NCBI RefSeq assembly: GCF_009914755.1
Contig: NC_060931.1
From: the human T2T-CHM13v2.0 reference genome, Homo sapiens
DNA: 64,000 bases
Reading direction: 5' to 3' (one strand)
Notes under the pieces: model-generated
The model's database searches: none
Seen by the model: only the letters and a program-made list of their open reading frames with translations
Told to the model about the DNA's origin: nothing
Program-made: the position numbers and the translations under genes
In this document: positions 52,349-64,000 of the stretch, in pieces
Position numbering within the stretch: position 1 is the first letter of the stretch
Layout: the number at the start of each line of letters is the position of its first letter

Positions 52349-54346
52349 TCAAGGACCCAGGTTCTTTCCAATTCCTTGCCTGACCATCCTCTGTGTGGCT
52401 TCATCCCCAGGCTGGTAGCACAGCAGCTGCAGCTGTCCCAAGCGTCGCATCCAGACATGAGTGTACAGGAAAGCCCATCTTTTCCTGCACACTCTAAGGA
52501 ATGAGGAAATCTTTCCAGAAGCCTCCCAGCAAACTTCCCATACCCTACTGACCATAACTAGGTTACATGCTTGCATGTGAATCACTTACCAGCCAGTGAC
52601 TGGAAAGGAAAAGCCCTCAGGGCCATGCATGGGTTGGGGGGGAGGGGCGTAGGATAGAGGAGGAAGGATGACGTAATCATTCCAGAGTGGAAAAGTAAAA
52701 CCCACTAGAGACGTGGGCCAGGATGCCAGGCTGTGTGGAGGCCCCTGGAGGGTTTTTTTTTTGTTTTTTTTTTTTTTGAGATAAGGTTTCACTCTGTCAC
52801 CCAGGCTGGAGTACAGTGGCGCGATCACGGCTCACCGCAGCCTCGACCTCTCAGGTTTAAATAATCCTCTCGCATCAGTCTTCTGAGTAGCTGGGACCAC
52901 AGGCGTGTGTCACAGTACCTAATTTTTAAATGTTTTTTTGTAGAGATGGGGTCTCCCTAGGTTGCCTAGGCTGGTCTCAAACTCCTGGGCTCAAGCAATC
53001 CTTCTGCCTTGGCCTCCCAATGTGCCGGGATTACAGGCATGAGCCACAGTGCCTGGCCAGCTTGTGCAGTTTTTCAGCTGCCTGAGTGCAGTCACAGGAC
53101 TGGAGTTCTCCAGGCAAGCACAACGGCGGAGCAAAGGCAATCACCGTGCCCTTGCAAGTGCCTGGGCTGCCGGGCCTGGAGAGCCAAGTTGGGTCAGGAA
53201 GGCAGAAAAAGGTTGGAGGTGGAGGGCATAGCGGGATGGTGAGAACGTGGATTGAGGTTCACACTGGGTTGGAAGACGGTCAGAGTAGGACTGCCTTAGG
53301 TGGGCTTCCCGGGAGACAGCCCCTGGGAGTTTATGTGCATATAGTTTCTTTGCAAGTCCTCTGGGAATAACACCTGGGAAGGAGTGAGAGTAGCAGGACT
53401 GGGTAGACAGAGAAGCAAACACCCTCAGTGCCGTGGCCACAGAGGCCACAGCGATCTCCCGGGATTCTCTGGAGCTGGGATGACCCTTCCCAGGCATCCT
53501 GCACTGATGTGAAGAGAATTCTTTTGGCCTCTGCACCTGGCCAGTGTCCTGCAGAGATGGTTCTCTGCCAGGCCAATTTTGATTGAGACAGAGAGGGAGG
53601 GCAGGCCCAGTCTATTTAAGAGTATCATATAAGGACAGACCTCAGTCAAACACCAACGAATATAGGAGGGCTGGGTGGAAACATGGCAGATGTGGCCTGG
53701 GAAGTGGCCTCCGGGGAGCAGTTGGGTCCTAGGCAGAGGGGTGTGAGCACGGAGAAAAGGATGCTGAGAAGAGGTGGGAGGCCGTCTCTTTCTTCAGAGC
53801 TCTTCCACAGGCTTCCCCTAAATTGGGGAGCAGGACTCCTCTAGGGAGAAAGGAATTCAAACTGAAGACCAGGGAGGTGATGGAGCGTGAGGCATGAGAA
53901 CCACTGGGCTGGGGGACAGGGTGGGTGGGAGGGGGAAGGACTGGGCCTGACGTCACCATTCTGATGCTCAGAGCCTGGGCTTTGTCTCCCACTGCCCCCC
54001 AAGGTGGTGGAGAACTGTGCACTTGGAGGAAAGGGGGCAAGAACCGCATTTCCTGGGGTGGTAGGTTGGGTGGCCACTGCCACGAGTGCAAGGAGGGCCT
54101 GTTATGGTGCTGCCAAGGTCCAGGTGGGTCAGGTGCCAGGGTGGGACTCACATGTCCCAGCTGCCCACACCTGCCCAAGTCAGATGCCCCACATGCTTAG
54201 TGGAAACATGACTGCCAACCCATCTGATGCTTATGTTTCCAGCTCCCTGCATTCCATTCCTGTGGGCCTCTAGATGGTTTTCACCTTGGATAAAATTCTT
54301 TTCTTCCTATTGAGAGACTGTCCTGAGATAAAAGTGAGCATTGTCA

Positions 54347-54722
<376 letters not shown>

Positions 54723-55651
54723 TGATCCACCCACCTCGGCCTCCCATAGTGCTGGGATTGCAGGCGTGAGCCACTGCGCCTGGCCTTTTTAAATTGTATT
54801 TTATTTATTTACTTTTTTGAGAGACAGAGTTTCGCTCTTGTTGCCCAGGCTGGATGCCTGGGCCAGTGCAATGGCAAGATCTCAGCTCACTGCAACCTCT
54901 GCCTCCCCGGTTCAAGTGATTCTCCTGCCTCAGCCTCCTGAGTAGCTGGGATTACATGCATGGGCCACCACTCCCGGCTAATTTTGTATTTTTAGTAGAG
55001 ACGGGGTTTTTCCATGTTGGTCAGGCTGGTCTCCAACTCCTGAACTAAGGTGATCCGCCCACCTCGGTCTCCCAAAATGCTGGGATTACAGGCGTGAGCC
55101 ACTGCGACCGGCCGAAAAGATTTGTTTTTTTTTTTTAATTAGCTGGGCCTGGTGGCGCATGCTTATGGTCCCAGCTACTTGGCAGGCTGAGGTGGGAGGA
55201 TCACTTGAGCCCAGGAAGTCAAGGCTGCAGTGAGCCATGATCTCACCAGTGCACTACAGCCTGGGAGACAGAGCCAGACCCTGTCTGGAAAAACAAACAA
55301 ACAAAAAACATTGTCCATCAGACTGCAAGTAAGTCTTGTTGTTTCTGGGAAATTCTGCCTTCCAAAATGACTTCTGGACAGCAGGTCCCCTACCCCTTAG
55401 CCCTCAGCGTTCTGGAGGGACTTCCTGTCCTTGCTGCGTGCCACCTGCTTGACCCGTTTCTGGGCTCCACAGCAGGGTGGCTTCGAACAGGTCGAAGGGC
55501 CACGTAGATCGTGGCCCAGCACCTTGTGCAATCCCTCGTAGTTAGTGGAACTGAGGCTCAGATAGCATGCTCCCTGGGCCCCCCTTCGGGAGCAGTGTGG
55601 GGTCCTGGCCGAGAACCCCTGTCAGCATGTCACTTCTTCCTATCTCCCCAG

Positions 55652-56487
55652 GTGACAGCCTGCTGATGGTGAAGAACCCACCCCCGGCCCCGCCACAGCC
55701 CCAGCCCCAGCCCCAGCCACCGCAGCCGCAGCTGCAGTCGCAGCCCCAGCCCCAGAGCCTGCCCCCCATCGCGGTGGCCGAGAACCCGGGCGGCCCCCCG
55801 AGCCGAGGGCTGCTGGACGACGGTTTCCAGGTGCTGCCCGGGGAGCGTGGCTCCGGCGAGGCGCCGCCGGGTGGGGACCGCAGCACCGGGGGCGGCGGGG
55901 GCGATGGGGGCGGTGGGGGCGGCGGCGCGGAGGCGGGGACGGGGGCAGGCGGCGGCTGTGGCAGCTGCTGCCCTGGCGGGCTGCGGCGGAGCCTCCTCCT
56001 GCACGGCGCCCGCAGCAAGCCCTACTCGTGCCCCGAGTGCGGCAAGAGCTTCGGCGTGCGCAAGAGCCTCATCATCCACCACCGCAGCCACACCAAGGAG
56101 CGGCCCTACGAGTGCGCTGAGTGCGAGAAGAGCTTCAACTGCCACTCGGGCCTCATCCGCCACCAGATGACGCACCGCGGCGAGCGGCCCTACAAGTGCT
56201 CGGAGTGCGAGAAGACCTACAGCCGTAAGGAGCACCTGCAGAACCACCAGCGGCTGCACACGGGCGAGCGGCCTTTCCAATGTGCACTGTGCGGCAAGAG
56301 CTTCATCCGCAAGCAGAACCTGCTCAAGCACCAGCGCATCCACACGGGCGAGCGCCCCTACACGTGCGGCGAGTGCGGCAAGAGCTTCCGCTACAAGGAG
56401 TCGCTCAAGGACCACCTGCGCGTGCACAGCGGCGGCCCGGGCCCCGGCGCCCCACGGCAGCTCCCGCCGCCTCCTGAGCGAGACTAG
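55652..56487 (+). CDS. ZNF282: ZNF282 terminal exon: Pro/Gln and Gly tracts plus 5 C2H2 zinc fingers
   Basis: Acceptor tctccccag|; ORF 55567-56487; stop TAG. The eight exons sum to 2016 nt = 671 aa + stop. Confidence 0.96.
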
Positions 56488-56560
56488 GGCTGGGCTGGGG
56501 GAGGGCAGGGCCGGACGGAGTGGATCGGGGGCGGCCTGAGCACCAACCACCTTGCCGGGT
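55680..56560. promoter_or_regulatory. Intragenic 3' CpG island over the ZNF282 zinc-finger exon
   Basis: Near-saturated GC at third codon positions and dense CpG, unlike the paralogous ZNF398 exon. Confidence 0.75.
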
Positions 56561-58020
56561 GTCCTCAGCCACCGTCTGGAAATCGGCAACAGGCATTGCA
56601 CTCCGGTTGGGGGTCCCCCAGGGTGGGGCAGGGATCCCCCAGATCTGTCTGGTCTGAATGGACGCCCAGCTCATCTAGGGTGGACCCAGCTGCTGGGGAA
56701 GAGCCAGGGGGACCGCGAGGAGCCGAGCGTCCTCGGGCACCGCCCTCACACCTCCTCGAGTGCCCTGGGACCACTGGGCCACAGATGGTCATCAGGGGAA
56801 GCCACCAGGGAGTCCCGAAGCCCTTCTGAGATCAGGAAATCAGGTCCCAAGGTTAGGAGACGCCCTGAAAAAAAGCGAAGGCCGAGGGATGTGCTAAGGG
56901 TAACACCTTCATGATGACAACACTGCCTCGCGTTTCAATAGCGCTTTATACTTTTTTAAGTGTTTTCTATCCGTTATCCATTTCACCCTTGGCCTATCCC
57001 TCTCAGATAGGTGGGGTAGGATTTTCCTGGTGACCGAGTAAAGTGAGAGGCAGGTGAGACGGTTCACCCAATCACACGGGAAGGGGCGCGCGCTGCCCAA
57101 CCGCGCTCTCCGCCTACCTCCGCTGCTCGGGAAGCTGCTGGCCTGGCCCTCCTGGTCTCTCTTCCTTTCCTGGTCTCTCTTCCTTTCCTTGCTCTCACCC
57201 ACGGATAAAACCAGAAGCGACAGGAGGCCAGCTCCTGGGGTTCCTGGGAGCCGGGAACAGATTGGCTACGGAACGCCCCAGGTTGTACATTCAGAGGGCT
57301 CTTTCTCCATGGGAGCTCCTGGTGCCGCCTCGGCCCCAGCCTGTCCCCAGCCCCTCAATCTGGTGCAGCAGCATCTTGTCACTGCACAACAGTGGCCTGG
57401 TCCCCCACAGGCAGTTAGGGCCCCAGGTCAGACCTCACCATGATGATTTGTTCCAGTTCTCCCAGGGCAGAGGGGCGAGGGAGAGGCTTTTGCTGTGAGA
57501 GTAGCCGTCACGTGTCTCTTCCCAGCAGCGCCGGGCAAGTGGGTGCTAGAGTCTGAGCCTCAGGCTCTCCTGCCCTGGGCCTCCCAATTGGTGCTATCTG
57601 TTACTGCCCGTGCTCACGGACATGGATACAGACCCTGCTGTGCTCCACACCCTGCAGGCGCCTCGGGAAGCGCCCAAAGGATTCCCCTTCACGTTGGTGC
57701 ACCTGCTCCATAGCTCCGGGCGCTGCGTCCCGAGGGGCCACAGTCTCCATTTCAGCGTCTTGCATGGCCTGGCACCGGGTGGGGTGGTATGCCCCAGGAC
57801 CCTTGTTTGTGTCAAAAATGACTTTCCCTGCCCTTGCCGTGGGTCCGGCGTTCCTCCCAGCCGGGATCACAGTGGGCAGCCGGCACCCGGCACCACTTTG
57901 GCGAGCGTCCTGCTTCCGCCCTCGCCCTCATCTACGCTGCTCCGCTTTCCTCAGACCCCTTTTTGCCGTGCAAAGGGAATTCTTGACATTAAATAAAAGG
58001 TATCCAGATTGCAGACTGCA
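56488..58020 (+). other. ZNF282: ZNF282 3'UTR (~1.5 kb, GC-rich, Alu-free)
   Basis: Runs from the stop codon to the overlapping ATTAAA/AATAAA signal. Confidence 0.8.
57988..57997 (+). terminator. ZNF282: ZNF282 poly(A) signal (overlapping ATTAAA 57988-57993 and AATAAA 57992-57997)
   Basis: Sequence attaaataaa, the first canonical signal I found after the stop codon. Confidence 0.8.
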
Positions 58021-58341
58021 TGTTCACAGAGCTGGGGGTTCTCCAGCTTGCCTACAGTAAAGCCTCAATGAACTGGAATCCAATTCAATGGGGTATTTTT
58101 TTTCTTCATTCTGCTTTTTGAAGGAGACAAATCTTAAGAAAGCAAATTGAGATGAGAAATTAGACAGGGTTCAGTAGAGTTTTGTTAGAGCAGAAGGGGA
58201 CCCTCCAGTGATCAGTTGCTGGGGGAGGGGGGTAGTGTGCCACTTTTAAAAAGCATATGCACGAAGTATTTTCCTAATCTAGATCATGGAAAGGTCAGAA
58301 TGTCTTTTGGTTGCAGGAGTGTGAGGAGAGGGGAGACGTCA

Positions 58342-58695
<354 letters not shown>

Positions 58696-58732
58696 TTACC
58701 TTCAAGGGGCTGATTCCCAAGGAGACCTAGGG

Positions 58733-61432
<2,700 letters not shown>

Positions 61433-62973
61433 CATTTTGTTCACTTGAATACCTCTTTAGTATTTAGCACGTGTCTAGCCTGGATGGGCACCACAGGGGG
61501 TACAAGTGATCGGAGTTGAGCAACAGACATGAAGAGGAAATTGGCACCCTAAGGTGGTACAATTTGCTTGACAGCAGAGTTGATGGGAGGAGTCAGAGCT
61601 CATGATACGATAAGCGTGAGATTAACCTTCATGGAGAAGTCAGGGACTAGAGGATGAATTGGATGGGGCAGAGGGAAAGGAGGGAGGACGCAATGTGGGA
61701 CAAGGGTGAAACACACTGGGGAGAATGCAATTGGGATTGAAAGGCAGAAGACTGGCAGAGCCAGAGGCCGTGGACCAGCTGCTGGTGGTCTGGGCCCCAC
61801 AGAGCTGCAGCCCTTTTGGAACTCTTCAGAAACAGTGAATGCATAGCGCTGAAAGGAGGCCAGAGGATGAAATGGAAGTCTCAAGAAGGCAGGTTTAAGT
61901 CAGACACCACCAAAAATGAAAAACACCCCAAAACACACAGGTAAAGGCAGTTATGATCAAAGATTTGGGCACCATGACCAGCTCTCTGACATCTGGGCCC
62001 TGGGTATTGGGTATTGGCAGGGAGTAAAGGGGGAAAGTAGGAAACTTCATACCAGGCTCAGGATGAGCCAGCCTGTGCCTATAATTTCACAGCATTTGTC
62101 CATCCAGCTGTTACTGCAAAAACATGCGATAGAGCATCCTAGAGGCCCAGAACCCTGTTTTGGAAGAGCACAGGAGGACGGTTTGGGGGAGGCCATGCCT
62201 CCTAGGGAGTCATTAGGGAGGCATATCTTTTTCTTTCTTTCTTTCTCTTTGAGGCAGGCTCTTTCTCTGTCGCCCAGGGTGGAGTGCAGTGGCACGATCT
62301 TGGGTCACTGCAACCTCTGCCCCCAGGTTCAAGCGATTCTCCTGACTCAGCCTCCTGAGTAGCCGGGATTACAGATGTGCACCACCATGCTCGGCTACTT
62401 TTTGTATTTTTAGTAGAGATGGAGTTTCACCATGTTGGCCAGGCTGATCTCGAACTCCTGGCCTCATGTGGTCTACTCACCTCAGCCTCCCACAGTGCTG
62501 AGATTACAGGTATGAGCCACTGTGCCCGGCTAGGGAGGCATATCTCTAAACTGGTAATTCTTGAGATGAGAGGTCCTGAATATCTGTCAGAATCATACAC
62601 AGCCCCCATCCCCCACTGACAAGGGTCCCAGATGTCTCCTTCCATAAGAGTCACTCTGCTAGTGAGATGCTGGCACTGTATCCCAAAGGTTGGGAACCTC
62701 TGTTCAAACTTCTTTAGACATATTTTAATTTAATTTAATGTGTTATTTTTTTTAGATAGGGTCTCGCTCTGTCGCTCACTCTGGAGGGCAACGGTGGGAT
62801 CATGACCCACTGCAGCCTTGAGCTCCTGGGCTCAAGCGATCCTCCTGCCTTGGCCTCTCAAAGTGCTGGGATTACAGGCATGAGCCACTGTGCCTGGCCT
62901 AGACATATTTTAAATCCACGTCACCCCTCAGCATGATAATTTCTATAGGTTTACCAGAAGACTCTCTTTGTTA

Positions 62974-63078
<105 letters not shown>

Positions 63079-63081
63079 CTA

Positions 63082-63342
<261 letters not shown>

Positions 63343-63433
63343 CTAGTATTAGAGGTGTAAGCCAGTGTTGACTATCTGGGTGTCCCCATACCTTTCATTC
63401 TGATGGTGTCAATATCCTTTAACTGAAAAATAG

Positions 63434-63998
<565 letters not shown>

Positions 63999-64000
63999 GG

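Noticed and set aside
55630-56601. 323-aa antisense ORF opposite the ZNF282 finger exon (also 10916-11344 opposite ZNF398)
   Set aside because: Mirror-frame ORF expected from extreme GC3 codon bias in zinc-finger exons; no independent coding signal.

Overview
Human (primate) genomic DNA, very Alu-dense, matching the 7q36.1 cluster of DUF3669/KRAB C2H2 zinc-finger genes. Identification rests on recognising the encoded proteins. The + strand carries the last two coding exons and ~3 kb 3'UTR of ZNF398 (8281-8394; 10461-11614). It also carries the complete 8-exon ZNF282 gene: a CpG-island promoter at ~27.1-28.0 kb, and a CDS I reconstructed by hand as 27417-27581, 30160-30579, 38524-38650, 39179-39298, 42420-42539, 44193-44306, 45536-45649 and 55652-56487 (2016 nt, 671 aa). 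The ZNF282 poly(A) signal is at ~57990. The rest is Alu, L2/MIR, MLT/MER LTR and Tigger-family DNA transposon remnants. The most notable observations are five. (1) An AluY + RPL36A processed pseudogene chimera sits inside a single target-site duplication, and its RPL36A part lacks exactly codons 60-100, [14 protein letters not shown] an exon-skipped mRNA. (2) A 62-bp tandem duplication doubles the ZNF282 exon-5 splice acceptor and offers a frameshifting 'poison' 3' splice site. (3) The DUF3669 exon resembles a LINE-1 ORF1p trimeric coiled coil. (4) Four KRAB-B-like symmetric exons form an array, three of them carrying SUMO consensus sites, behind a variant KRAB-A box. (5) A 106-aa overlapping upstream ORF precedes the ZNF282 start. 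Repeat subfamily names are from memory of consensus sequences and need RepeatMasker confirmation.
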